Source: an uncultured Acidimicrobiaceae bacterium (GTDB lineage: Bacteria > Actinomycetota > Acidimicrobiia > Spongiisociales > ZC4RG35). From it: 64,000 nucleotides of DNA. The notes under the pieces are model-generated. The model was not told the origin of the DNA and did no database searches. It was given only the letters and a program-made list of their open reading frames with translations. The stretch's first letter is position 1; every line of letters begins with the position of its first letter. The stretch covers positions 1,007 to 65,006 of the forward strand of contig CAZYCX010000001.1 in the NCBI GenBank assembly GCA_964645875.1, read 5' to 3'. The position numbers and the translations under genes were made by a program. This document shows positions 26,792-35,208 of the stretch, in pieces.

Positions 26792-29274
26792 TTCAGTTCC
26801 CGTTCCTCCGACGGCGGGGTCACCTGCTGCATCTCGGTGGTGCTGGGAAACGACCGTTCCCAGCCGGAGCGCTCCACCATCCGTCTGGTCAGCAGACGCC
26901 AGGCATTGGGCTCGTTCGCCGGCACATCACGGAACAACTCGTCGACCAGCTTCGCCCAGCCCACGGCGCGCAGGGCGAAGACCATCACCAGCCCGGTGAT
27001 CGCCACGATCCCCACCGCCGAGAGCAGCACCACCGCCCGGGGCAGGTCTAGGGCGAAGAAGTCGCGCAGGGCAGGTGTCGACATCGCAACGACGAGCAGG
27101 GCGGCCATGGTGCCGATGAGGCCTTTCTTCCATGGCACCAGGGGACGGGACACGATCCCCAGGGCGAAGAGCCCGATGGCGGCGAGGATCAAGGTGGCGG
27201 TGGTGCGCGACTCGTCGATGGTCGAGCCCTCCAGGTCGGAGAGCCAGTAGCCGGCGAAAGTGGCCAGGGTGGCCACCGCACCGGTGGGGATGGCGAACTT
27301 CAACACCCGGGTCACGAACCCGGGCCGGGCCCGTCGCCGTGAGGGTGCCAGGGCGAGGAAGAACGCCGGGATGCCGACAGTCAGGCTGCCGACGAGAGTG
27401 AGGTGTCGGGGCAGGAAGGGGAACGGGAGACTGGAGAGGACGATCGCCAGGGACAGTCCGAGGGCATAGACCGCCGAGGTGATGAAGAGGTTGGCGACCC
27501 GCTCGATGTTGGAGGTGACCCTCCGCCCCTCCCCCACGATCTCGGGGAGGGTGGAGAAGAGACCGTCGATCAACACCAGCTGGGCAACAGCTCGTGATGC
27601 CGGGGCGCCACCGCCGATGGCGATCCCGATGTCGGAGTCCTTCAACGCCAGGACGTCGTTGACTCCGTCCCCGGTCATCGCCACCACGTGGCCGCGGGAC
27701 TGAAGCGCCTGCACCATTGCCCGCTTCTGCGCCGGGTCGACCCGGCCAAACACATTGCGGGTCTCCATGAGTTGGGCCAGCTCCTCGGGATCCTTGGGGA
27801 GGAGCTTGGCGTCTACCGGGTGGTCCCAACCCTCGATTCCCACCTGGCCGGCCACCGCCGCCACCGTGTCGGGGTGATCCCCCGAGATCACCTTGACCCT
27901 CACGCCCTGTTCGACGAAGTAGCGAAGCGTCTCGGCGGCGTCGGAGCGCACCTGATCGGCGAGGACCACCACCCCGGCGGGCTCCAGGTCGCGGGGCAGG
28001 GCGCTGCCCTCGAGCGGGCTCGGGCTCCAGGCAACCAGGACGGCACGGGCCCCGTCGGCGGCCACTTCGGCGACCACCTGCTTGACCTGCTCGTCGACCG
28101 GGGCGACCACGTCGGGGGCGCCGAGCACCCAGGTCTCCCCGCCGAAGAAGGTGACACCGCTCCATTTCCGGGCCGACGAGAAAGGCACCGAGGTCTGTAC
28201 CCCCCACCCGGGGTCGTCGGGGTAGGCGGCTCCGATCGCAGCCATGGTCACATTGGGGTGGATCTCCGCCGCCGCCAGGGCGGCGAGCGCCGGCTGGGGA
28301 TCTAGTTCGGAGAGGAGGATCAACTTCTCGACGGCGAGATGGCCCTCGGTGAGGGTGCCGGTCTTGTCGAAGCAGACTGTGTCCACCCGAGCCAGCCCTT
28401 CGATGGCAGGCAGCTCCTGGACGAGGACGTTGCGCCGGCCGAGTCGGATGACGCCGACGGCGAACGCGATGGAGGCGAGCAGGACCAGCCCCTGGGGTAC
28501 CATGGCCACCCCGGCGGCGACCGCTCCCCCCAGCCCTTCGGTGAAGGTGCCCCCTCCCCGCGTCACACTCCACACCACGAGCACGCCGATCGGGACCACC
28601 ACCCAGCTGACGATGCCCAGGATCAGGTCGATGCCGTCGCGGAGCTCGGAACGAACCAGGGTGAAGCGTTTGGCGGCGCGAGCGAGACGAGCCGCGTAGG
28701 CGTCGTCACCGACCCGGGTGACCCGGTACCGGCCCGAGCCGGCGGCGACGAAGCTCCCCGACAGGCACTCGTCGCCGGGCTCCTTGTGAACCGGGTCGGA
28801 CTCCCCGGTCAGCAGCGACTCGTCGATCTCCAGACCGGACGAAGAGACAGTTTCTCCGTCGACCACCAGTTGGTCGCCGGAGCGAAGCTCGATGAGGTCG
28901 TCGACCACCACCTGGTCGACGGGCTGCTCGAGAACCCTCCCGGATCGGACCACTCTCACCTTGGGGGCGGCCACCACCTCGAGCCGGTCGAGGGTTCGCT
29001 TGGCCCTGAGCTCCTGGACGATGCCGATGGCCGAGTTGGTCACCAGGACGATGCCGAACAGGGCGTCACGGGGCTCACGGAGGACGATCAGGACCACGAG
29101 GAGCAGGGCGCCGAGGAGGAAGTTGAACCGGGTGAAGACGTTGGCGCGGATGATCTCGCCGGTGGTTCGGCTCGGGGTCTCGGTCACCCTGTTGACCTGG
29201 CCCGCCCCGATCCGCTCCCGGACCTCGGCGGCGGTGAGCCCGCCTTCGGGCGGGGCCAACTCGAGGTCTGTCAT
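26788..29274 (-). CDS. cation-translocating P-type ATPase
   Basis: 828 aa. TGES (LLTGESDPV), phosphorylation motif CFDKTGTLTEG, hinge MTGDGVNDVLALKDSDIGIAIG, 8-10 TM helices. Its stop codon overlaps the convergent aminotransferase stop. Confidence 0.9.
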   Translation of the reverse strand: MTDLELAPPEGGLTAAEVRERIGAGQVNRVTETPSRTTGEIIRANVFTRFNFLLGALLLVVLIVLREPRDALFGIVLVTNSAIGIVQELRAKRTLDRLEVVAAPKVRVVRSGRVLEQPVDQVVVDDLIELRSGDQLVVDGETVSSSGLEIDESLLTGESDPVHKEPGDECLSGSFVAAGSGRYRVTRVGDDAYAARLARAAKRFTLVRSELRDGIDLILGIVSWVVVPIGVLVVWSVTRGGGTFTEGLGGAVAAGVAMVPQGLVLLASIAFAVGVIRLGRRNVLVQELPAIEGLARVDTVCFDKTGTLTEGHLAVEKLILLSELDPQPALAALAAAEIHPNVTMAAIGAAYPDDPGWGVQTSVPFSSARKWSGVTFFGGETWVLGAPDVVAPVDEQVKQVVAEVAADGARAVLVAWSPSPLEGSALPRDLEPAGVVVLADQVRSDAAETLRYFVEQGVRVKVISGDHPDTVAAVAGQVGIEGWDHPVDAKLLPKDPEELAQLMETRNVFGRVDPAQKRAMVQALQSRGHVVAMTGDGVNDVLALKDSDIGIAIGGGAPASRAVAQLVLIDGLFSTLPEIVGEGRRVTSNIERVANLFITSAVYALGLSLAIVLSSLPFPFLPRHLTLVGSLTVGIPAFFLALAPSRRRARPGFVTRVLKFAIPTGAVATLATFAGYWLSDLEGSTIDESRTTATLILAAIGLFALGIVSRPLVPWKKGLIGTMAALLVVAMSTPALRDFFALDLPRAVVLLSAVGIVAITGLVMVFALRAVGWAKLVDELFRDVPANEPNAWRLLTRRMVERSGWERSFPSTTEMQQVTPPSEERELN

Positions 29275-29349
29275 CGCGGCGTCAGCTTACGGCCGCCGGG
29301 GGCTCATGCCTCCCGGCGCTGCCCCCGACCCCGTCAGTCCCGGCCCTCA

Positions 29350-29368
29350 GGCACGGTGGAACCGTGCC
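29350..29368 (-). terminator. stem-loop 17 nt downstream of the alpha/beta hydrolase stop
   Basis: GGCACGG-TGGAA-CCGTGCC, a 7-bp GC-rich stem read directly from the sequence. No T-tract, as is common in GC-rich actinobacterial terminators. Confidence 0.45.
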
Positions 29369-29384
29369 GGGCTCACCGGACTGC

Positions 29385-30083
29385 TCATGAGTCCGAGCCG
29401 ATGACGTCGAGGATGACCTTCGCCAACTCCTCCGGCTTGGTGAATTGGGGCCAGTGGCCGGTGGGGAGATCGACGAAGCTGACCTCTCGGATCTCCTTGA
29501 GCTCGCGCACCGGCTCGAGGTCGGCGTCGATCCACTCCTTCAGAGTCTGTGCGTCGAACTCAGGGCAGACCACCGTGGCCGGCACGTCGTAGCGACGTTG
29601 ATCGGAGAGACGCTGGGGGTCGCTGACCGCCCGCGCCGGCGAGGGGATGGCCCGCTCCCTGAACTCGGCCCGCGCCGCCTCGTCGAGATCTCTCAGGTCT
29701 GCGGCGTCGAAATCAGACCACTCGAAGAGGGGAATCTCACCGTTCTCCGAGGGGAACTCGGAAGCGGAGCCGTCGGCGTCGGGAAAGCCGCCGATGTAGA
29801 TGGCGTGAGCAACCCGGTCGGGCCGGGCGTCGAGGGCGGCGTAGGCGAGGCCAGCGCCCATCGAGTGGCCCACCACCACCACCGGTCCGTCGGCCGAGTC
29901 GATGGCCGACACGATGGCATCGACATGGTCGGCTCGGGTCACACCGGAGCGGTCGAAGTCCCGTGACTCCATCCCCGGGAGGGTGATGGGGTGGGCACGG
30001 TGGCCGGCTTCCTCCAGATGCGGTATCACCTCCTCCCACGAAGAGGCATCGAGCCACAGGCCTGGTATGAGGATGATGTCCAT
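29385..30083 (-). CDS. alpha/beta hydrolase
   Basis: Start set at ATG 30083 with AAGGGAG upstream. MDIILIPGLWLDASSWEEVIPHLEEAGH...; nucleophile elbow VVVGHSMGAG. Confidence 0.8.
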   Translation of the reverse strand: MDIILIPGLWLDASSWEEVIPHLEEAGHRAHPITLPGMESRDFDRSGVTRADHVDAIVSAIDSADGPVVVVGHSMGAGLAYAALDARPDRVAHAIYIGGFPDADGSASEFPSENGEIPLFEWSDFDAADLRDLDEAARAEFRERAIPSPARAVSDPQRLSDQRRYDVPATVVCPEFDAQTLKEWIDADLEPVRELKEIREVSFVDLPTGHWPQFTKPEELAKVILDVIGSDS

Positions 30084-30109
30084 GGGACTCCCTTTCGTAT
30101 CAGCTACGA

Positions 30110-30166
30110 TCGACTTTTCTCGATCATTAGATGGAGAAACATACCGGAACGATCGAAAAATGTCGA
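30110..30166. promoter_or_regulatory. candidate operator: 16-bp inverted repeat in the hydrolase/ArsR divergent intergenic region
   Basis: TCGACTTTTCTCGATC (30110-30125) against GATCGAAAAATGTCGA (30151-30166) matches 14 of 16 as an inverted repeat. The right arm covers the regulator ATG (30160). The region is locally AT-rich. Confidence 0.4.
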
Positions 30167-30735
30167 GCATTGAGAAGATTCCCGATTACGACCTGGACGA
30201 CCTGCGGGTCGTCACCTCCCCCAAGGAGCTGCGGGCCATGGGCCACCGGGTGCGCAGCCGGGTCCTCGACCTCGTCCTCGACCGGGCGGCGACCATCAAC
30301 GAGTTGGCCGAGGCCATCGGTCGCCCTCCCAGCACGGTGGCTTACCACGTGGGAGTCCTGGTCGAGGCGGGGATGCTCAAAGTGGTGAGGACCAGGAAGG
30401 TCCGTGCCATCGAGGAGCGTTTCTACGGGCGGACCGCACGCGTCTTCCAAGTCGGCCAGATCGACCCCGAACTGGCGGCCGAGCTGCCGAATCTCCTCGC
30501 CGTGGCGGCGGCGAACTCGCGGCCGGCGCACGAGGCCGACCGACTTCGGGCCGTCCTGAGGCGGGCGCGCATTCCCGGAGAGAGAGCCGGGGAGTTCTGG
30601 GAGCGCGTCATCGACCTCGTTCAGGAATTCGGCCGGCTTCCCCGCTCCGGCGACACCATGTACGCCTTCGTCGCCGGGCTCTATCCAAACGACTACCCGG
30701 CGCTACCCGACCGCAACGACGACGAGCGGGACTGA
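30160..30735 (+). CDS. ArsR-type winged-helix transcriptional regulator with a C-terminal extension
   Basis: ATG 30160. MSSIEKIPDYDLDDLRVVTSPKELRAMGHRVRSRVLDLVLDRAATINELAEAIGRPPSTVAYHVGVLVEAGMLKVV carries an ArsR/SmtB-like HTH. Confidence 0.75.
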   Translation: MSSIEKIPDYDLDDLRVVTSPKELRAMGHRVRSRVLDLVLDRAATINELAEAIGRPPSTVAYHVGVLVEAGMLKVVRTRKVRAIEERFYGRTARVFQVGQIDPELAAELPNLLAVAAANSRPAHEADRLRAVLRRARIPGERAGEFWERVIDLVQEFGRLPRSGDTMYAFVAGLYPNDYPALPDRNDDERD

Positions 30736-30980
30736 GAGGGGTCGGTCATCGTGGTCGGCACCAGTCTCGCTATCCGGATTCTGTGCGTCTCCGGTGCATT
30801 CGCGGCCACCGGTTCGAGATGGTCGAGCTCCTCGCACTGCCAGTGGAGGTCGGCGATCGTGGTTTCGAGACTTTTCGCCTGGTCCTCGAGGCCCTCTGAG
30901 TCGAGAGCCGCTGCGATACGTGCCAGGCGCTTCATCACGGTCTGGATGCTGCGCCGAAGTGAGGGGGATGCGTTCATCAT
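30693..30980 (-). CDS. small helical hypothetical protein (95 aa)
   Basis: Start taken at ATGATG 30980/30977 within track ORF 30693..31073. MMNASPSLRRSIQTVMKRLARIAAALDSEGLEDQAKSLETTIADLHWQCEELDHLEP. GC3 is high, whereas the overlapping + ORF is Arg/Ser-rich junk. Overlaps the ArsR 3' end by 43 nt. Confidence 0.4.
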   Translation of the reverse strand: MMNASPSLRRSIQTVMKRLARIAAALDSEGLEDQAKSLETTIADLHWQCEELDHLEPVAANAPETHRIRIARLVPTTMTDPSQSRSSSLRSGSAG

Positions 30981-31087
30981 GAGATCTCTCTTGGCTGGGG
31001 CGATGGGTCGGGGTACCCGGGTCAGTCGACCTTCAAACCGTCCACAGACCAGGACCGATCCTGTCCGCATCACCCCGTAGGCTTGGG

Positions 31088-31993
31088 TTGGTGACCGCCC
31101 AGATCAAGATCGGGACCTGCTCGTGGACCGATCCCACCCTCACCGACAACACATCGTTCTACCCCGACACCGACATGACCGCCGAGGAGCGGCTGGTGTT
31201 CTACGCCGAGCACTTCCCCATCGTCGAGGTCGACTCCACCTACTACGCACCGCCTTCGGAGCGGGTGGCGGGACTGTGGGTGGAGCGGACCCCTCCCGAG
31301 TTCACCTTCGACATCAAGGCGTTCCGTCTCCTCACCCAGCACCCCACTCCTCCGAAGTCACTGTGGAAGGACTTCCGGGAGAAGCTTCCCCCGGAGGCGA
31401 AGGACAAGCGCAACGTGTACATGCGCGATCTCTCCCGGAATCTCCAGGCCGAGGCCACCCAGGCGTTCCGGACGGCTCTCATGCCGCTGCATTCGGCGGG
31501 CAAGCTCGGTGTGGTCCTCTTCCAGTTCCCTCCCTACGTCTACCCGACCCGCGGCTCGTTCGGATACTTGAAGTGGGTGGCGGCCCAACTCGAGGACTTC
31601 CAGCTCGCCGTGGAGTTCCGCAACGGGCGCTGGCTCGACGAGGAGAACATGACCGACACCCTCGACTTCCTCGAGCGTCACTCCTTGGCCTACGTCTGTG
31701 TCGACGAGCCCCAGGGGTTCGCAAGCTCGGTGCCCCCGGTGGTGGCGGTGACCGCACCCGTCGCCGAGGTCCGCTTCCACGGTCGCAACGTCGAGAACTG
31801 GGAGAAGAAGGGGATCACCGCCGCCGAGCGATTCAAGTACGACTACAGCACGGAGGAGCTCGCCGAATGGGTGCCCCGCATCGAGACCATGGCGGAGAGC
31901 GCCGACACCGTCCACGCCCTGATGAACAACTGCTATTCCGACTACGGGATCCGCTCCGCCCGGGGCCTCGGGGAGTTGCTCGACATCTTCTGA
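31088..31993 (+). CDS. DUF72 (YecE-like) family protein
   Basis: 301 aa. IKIGTCSWTDPTL...FYAEHFPIVEVDSTYYAPPSERVAGLWVERTPPEFTFDIKAF...FQFPP is a typical DUF72 pattern. Confidence 0.85.
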   Translation: MVTAQIKIGTCSWTDPTLTDNTSFYPDTDMTAEERLVFYAEHFPIVEVDSTYYAPPSERVAGLWVERTPPEFTFDIKAFRLLTQHPTPPKSLWKDFREKLPPEAKDKRNVYMRDLSRNLQAEATQAFRTALMPLHSAGKLGVVLFQFPPYVYPTRGSFGYLKWVAAQLEDFQLAVEFRNGRWLDEENMTDTLDFLERHSLAYVCVDEPQGFASSVPPVVAVTAPVAEVRFHGRNVENWEKKGITAAERFKYDYSTEELAEWVPRIETMAESADTVHALMNNCYSDYGIRSARGLGELLDIF

Positions 31994-32062
31994 GCCGCGG
32001 GAGTGCCCCGGCCCCAAACGCCGACGGGAGTCCACGAGCAGGTCGATAGCCTGGGCCCTCTC

Positions 32063-32884
32063 ATGACCACATCGCAATGGGTCACCAGGGCTCCCGCTCG
32101 CCCACTCCGTCCCTATGTGACCAAGTACATCGGGTATCGCCTGCTCGGCCATCCGCCGGGGTTGCACCGGGGTCTCCCCTCGCAGAACATGACCCTCATC
32201 TTCAGCATCGACCGGACCATCGACGTCGTCGCTCAGACGAACCGACGAAACCCGCCCCGGCGATATCGCTCCGTGCTGGGAGGACTCCACGACACTCCCG
32301 CGCTGATCGCCCACGACGGCAATCAGGAGGGTGTCGCTGTCCAGCTCTCTCCCATCGGCAGCCGCGCCCTGGTCGGGCTTCCCGCCGCCGAGCTGTTCGA
32401 CCTCACCGTCGAAGTCGACGAGGTGACGGGCCGCGACGGGCGTGAGCTGTGGGAGCGGCTCCACGACACCGGTGACTGGGAGGCGAGGTTCTCCGCCTGT
32501 GACCGTGTGTTGTCCGGTCTGTTGAGCGAACGCAATGTGTCTCCCGAGCTGACCCGGGCTTGGGCCACCCTGGTCCGCACCGGGGGGCGGATTCCGGTGT
32601 CCGAGCTGGCCACCGAGGTCGGATACAGCAGACAGCATCTGCGTCTTCGCTTCCGCCAGGAGTTCGGCGTCGGCCCCAAGCAGGCAGCGCGACTGATCCG
32701 CTTCGACCGGGCAGCAGGCATGCTGCTGCGGACGTCGTCACCCGACTTCTCGGAGGTGGCGGTGTCCTGCGGCTACTACGACCAGGCGCACATGTACCGC
32801 GACTTCGCCTCGATCGCCGGCTGCTCGCCGGCCGAGATGGTCGCCGGGGATCTTCCAATCGTCCAAGACGGATTGGACTCCTGA
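32063..32884 (+). CDS. AraC-family transcriptional regulator
   Basis: ATG 32063. The C-terminal double HTH reads VSELATEVGYSRQHLRLRFRQEFGVGPKQAARLIRFDRAAGML...VAVSCGYYDQAHMYRDFASIAGCSPAEM. Confidence 0.85.
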   Translation: MTTSQWVTRAPARPLRPYVTKYIGYRLLGHPPGLHRGLPSQNMTLIFSIDRTIDVVAQTNRRNPPRRYRSVLGGLHDTPALIAHDGNQEGVAVQLSPIGSRALVGLPAAELFDLTVEVDEVTGRDGRELWERLHDTGDWEARFSACDRVLSGLLSERNVSPELTRAWATLVRTGGRIPVSELATEVGYSRQHLRLRFRQEFGVGPKQAARLIRFDRAAGMLLRTSSPDFSEVAVSCGYYDQAHMYRDFASIAGCSPAEMVAGDLPIVQDGLDS

Positions 32885-32900
32885 AGCCGATACTGGGCCT

Positions 32901-33305
32901 ATGAGCGACAACGTGCCCTCGGCCGTCTGGCCGGTACTGACCTTTCGCGACGCCCGCGCCGAGATGGCGTTCCTCCAGGACGTCTTCGGCATGGTGGAAA
33001 CCGTGATCATCGCGCGTGAAGACGACCCATCGATCATCGAGCACGGTGAGATGCGCTGGCCCGACGGCCCCGGCATCATGTTCGGATCTGCCGGCAAGGA
33101 CGGCTCCTCGTTCGGGGAGCGTCAGCCGGGGAACGATGCGGTGTATGTGGTCTGCGACGACCCCGATGCTCTATACGCCCGCGCCACCGCGGCGGGGGCC
33201 GAGGTGATCTACGAGTTGAAGGACGAGGACTACGGATCGAGGGGGTTCACGGTGCGGGACCCGGAAGGAGTCCTCTGGTCTTTCGGCACCTATCAGGGGG
33301 AGTGA
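32901..33305 (+). CDS. VOC (glyoxalase/bleomycin-resistance) family protein
   Basis: 134 aa. ...FRDARAEMAFLQDVFGM...EHGEMRWPDG...DEDYGSRGFTVRDPEGVLWSFGTY, the PhnB/VOC-like C-terminal motif. Confidence 0.8.
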   Translation: MSDNVPSAVWPVLTFRDARAEMAFLQDVFGMVETVIIAREDDPSIIEHGEMRWPDGPGIMFGSAGKDGSSFGERQPGNDAVYVVCDDPDALYARATAAGAEVIYELKDEDYGSRGFTVRDPEGVLWSFGTYQGE

Positions 33306-33331
33306 AGACGATCAGCCCCATGCTCTTCGCG

Positions 33332-33495
33332 GTCGAGCGGTACGACTACTCGAAGAACGAGCTGGAGGAGTGAGTGCCCGTATTGAGACGATGTCTGCGA
33401 GTGCCGACACCATCCACGCCTCGATGAACAACTGCTGGTCCGACTATGGGATCCGCTCCGCCCGTGGGCCCGGGGAGATGCTCGACATCTTCTGA
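33332..33495 (+). pseudogene. relic of the 3' end of a second DUF72 gene
   Basis: Aligns with 31825-31993 of the intact DUF72 gene. VERYDYSKNELEE-stop (TGG to TGA at 33371-33373) corresponds to AERFKYDYSTEELAEW. A 1-nt deletion follows, then IETMSASADTIHASMNNCWSDYGIRSARGPGEMLDIF-stop corresponds to IETMAESADTVHALMNNCYSDYGIRSARGLGELLDIF-stop. The last 22 nt plus 7 nt past the stop (CTCGACATCTTCTGAGCCGCGG) are identical. Confidence 0.85.
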
Positions 33496-33600
33496 GCCGC
33501 GGACCAGCCTCGACGTCGGCGGGTTGCTAGCTTCCGTCGCCGAGCACCGATGAGGTGAGGAGACATCGGACAAGAGCACGTCAGGATCTCTCAGGAGCCG

Positions 33601-35115
33601 ATGACCCTCGACGAGGTCCTGGCAGTGGCCGACGGCGCCCGGGTCGAGCTCACCGACGAGGCCATCGATCTGATCAGTCGGAGCCGTGCCGTCGTCGACG
33701 CCGCCATCGAGCGCGGTGAAGCCATCTACGGAGTTACCACCGGGGTCGGCCACGCCCGCGACCAGCGGCTACCGCCCGCGGCGCTGGAGGCGATGCAGCC
33801 GATCCTCATCGAGATGCATCTGGGTGCGGTGGGCGAGCCATTACCGGCCGAGCTGGTCCGCGCCGGGATGGTGGCCCGTCTCAACGGTTTCGCCCGCGGT
33901 GGAGCCGGGGTCTCGGTAGATCTTGCCCGTGCCCTCGAGGCCATCCTCAACAACCGGATCCACCCCGTGATCCCCCGCTCCGGCTCGGTGGGAGCGGGGG
34001 ACCTGGGACAACTCGCCCTCCTGGGCCGGGCCCTGATCGGAAGAGGCGAGGTCGACTGGAATGGAGAGAGGGCCCAGGCAGCCGACGCACTCCATGGGGC
34101 GGGTCTCACCCCGGTCCGCCTGCAGCCGAAAGACGCTCTCGCCGTGATGTCGTCGAATGCCTTGACGGTCGGGCACGGGATCTCACTGTGGAGGAGGGTG
34201 AGCGATCTCCTGGCCCTCGCCGACCTGGTGGCAGCGAGCTCGCTGGAGGCGATCGAAGCAAACCCGTCCCTGTTCGACCCGGCCGTGGCTGGAGCCCGCG
34301 GCAGCGCGGGGCAGGTGGAGACGTCCCAGAACCTGCGCCAAGCGTTGGCAGGCAGCTCGCGGGTAGACCCGACCGCAGCTTCGGTGCAGGACCCGATCAG
34401 CTTCCGCGTCGTGCCCCAGGTCCACGGGGCCTGCCGCGACGTGCTCTCGGCGGTAGCGGGCGACCTGGCCAGGGAACTGAACGCCCGCGCAGACAACCCC
34501 CTGGTGGACGTCGAGTCGGAGCGTGTGCTCTCCAACGGGAACTTCTCCGTCATGAACCTGGCGTTGTCGGCCGAGTCGCTCAATCTGGCGCTGGCTCATG
34601 TAGCAATGCTGTCGGAGCGAAGATGCGGTCAACTGTGGGACACCGTCGTCTCCTCGATGGGTGAGGGCTTCGGTGGGGATGAGTCTCAGGGGCCGTCCCT
34701 CGACGACGGCACCCCGGCGTTTCTCGCTGGTCTGGCGCTGCGCTATCCGGTCGCGGCCCGCTATACCCGGCTGAAGAAGCTGGCCCAGCCGGTCAGCCTC
34801 GACATCCCGACCCTCGACCTGTCGGTCGAGGATCATGCCACCAACGCGGCCGAGGTTCTCTGGGGGACGGACGAGATCGTGGGGATCCTCATGGAGATCC
34901 TCGCGGTAGAGGTGCTGATCGCCTTCGCCTCGCTCCGCATCTCCCCCGCTCCGGGACCGTTCGGAGCCCGAACCGAGCGACTGGTCGAGCTCATCTCCTT
35001 GGAGCTGAGCTCACTCCCGGCGGGCACGCCCCCCGATATGACCCACGCCCGGGTGATCGACGCCCTGAAAGCGAACCTGCACCTCCTCCTCAGCGGGGCT
35101 CCGCCCGAGGCTTGA
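33601..35115 (+). CDS. aromatic amino acid ammonia-lyase (HAL/PAL) family protein with an atypical MIO motif
   Basis: 504 aa. ...GEAIYGVTTGVGHARD...VIPRSGSVGAGDLGQLALLGRALIG. The fold family is clear, but the canonical GSVGASGDL is GSVGA-GDL here (codons 33982-34005). Confidence 0.8.
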   Translation: MTLDEVLAVADGARVELTDEAIDLISRSRAVVDAAIERGEAIYGVTTGVGHARDQRLPPAALEAMQPILIEMHLGAVGEPLPAELVRAGMVARLNGFARGGAGVSVDLARALEAILNNRIHPVIPRSGSVGAGDLGQLALLGRALIGRGEVDWNGERAQAADALHGAGLTPVRLQPKDALAVMSSNALTVGHGISLWRRVSDLLALADLVAASSLEAIEANPSLFDPAVAGARGSAGQVETSQNLRQALAGSSRVDPTAASVQDPISFRVVPQVHGACRDVLSAVAGDLARELNARADNPLVDVESERVLSNGNFSVMNLALSAESLNLALAHVAMLSERRCGQLWDTVVSSMGEGFGGDESQGPSLDDGTPAFLAGLALRYPVAARYTRLKKLAQPVSLDIPTLDLSVEDHATNAAEVLWGTDEIVGILMEILAVEVLIAFASLRISPAPGPFGARTERLVELISLELSSLPAGTPPDMTHARVIDALKANLHLLLSGAPPEA

Positions 35116-35144
35116 ACTACAAGGCCTCGACCAGCCAGGGCGCG

Positions 35145-35208
35145 TTCTCAGGGCGCTGGAGCAACGCTTGCGCGGGGCCTGCAACCCAGGGTTCGCGGTT
35201 TGGGGGGG
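35145..35208. repeat. copy B of the ~65-nt intergenic repeat
   Basis: TTCTCAGGGCGCTGGAGCAACGCTTGCGCGGGGCCTGCAACCCAGGGTTCGCGGTTTGGGGGGG, directly followed by the TCA stop of 35209..36066. See copy A. Confidence 0.8.

Noticed and set aside
33346-33753. 135-aa minus-strand ORF
   Set aside because: It overlaps the DUF72 relic and the 5' end of the HAL-family gene in antisense, and has no motif.
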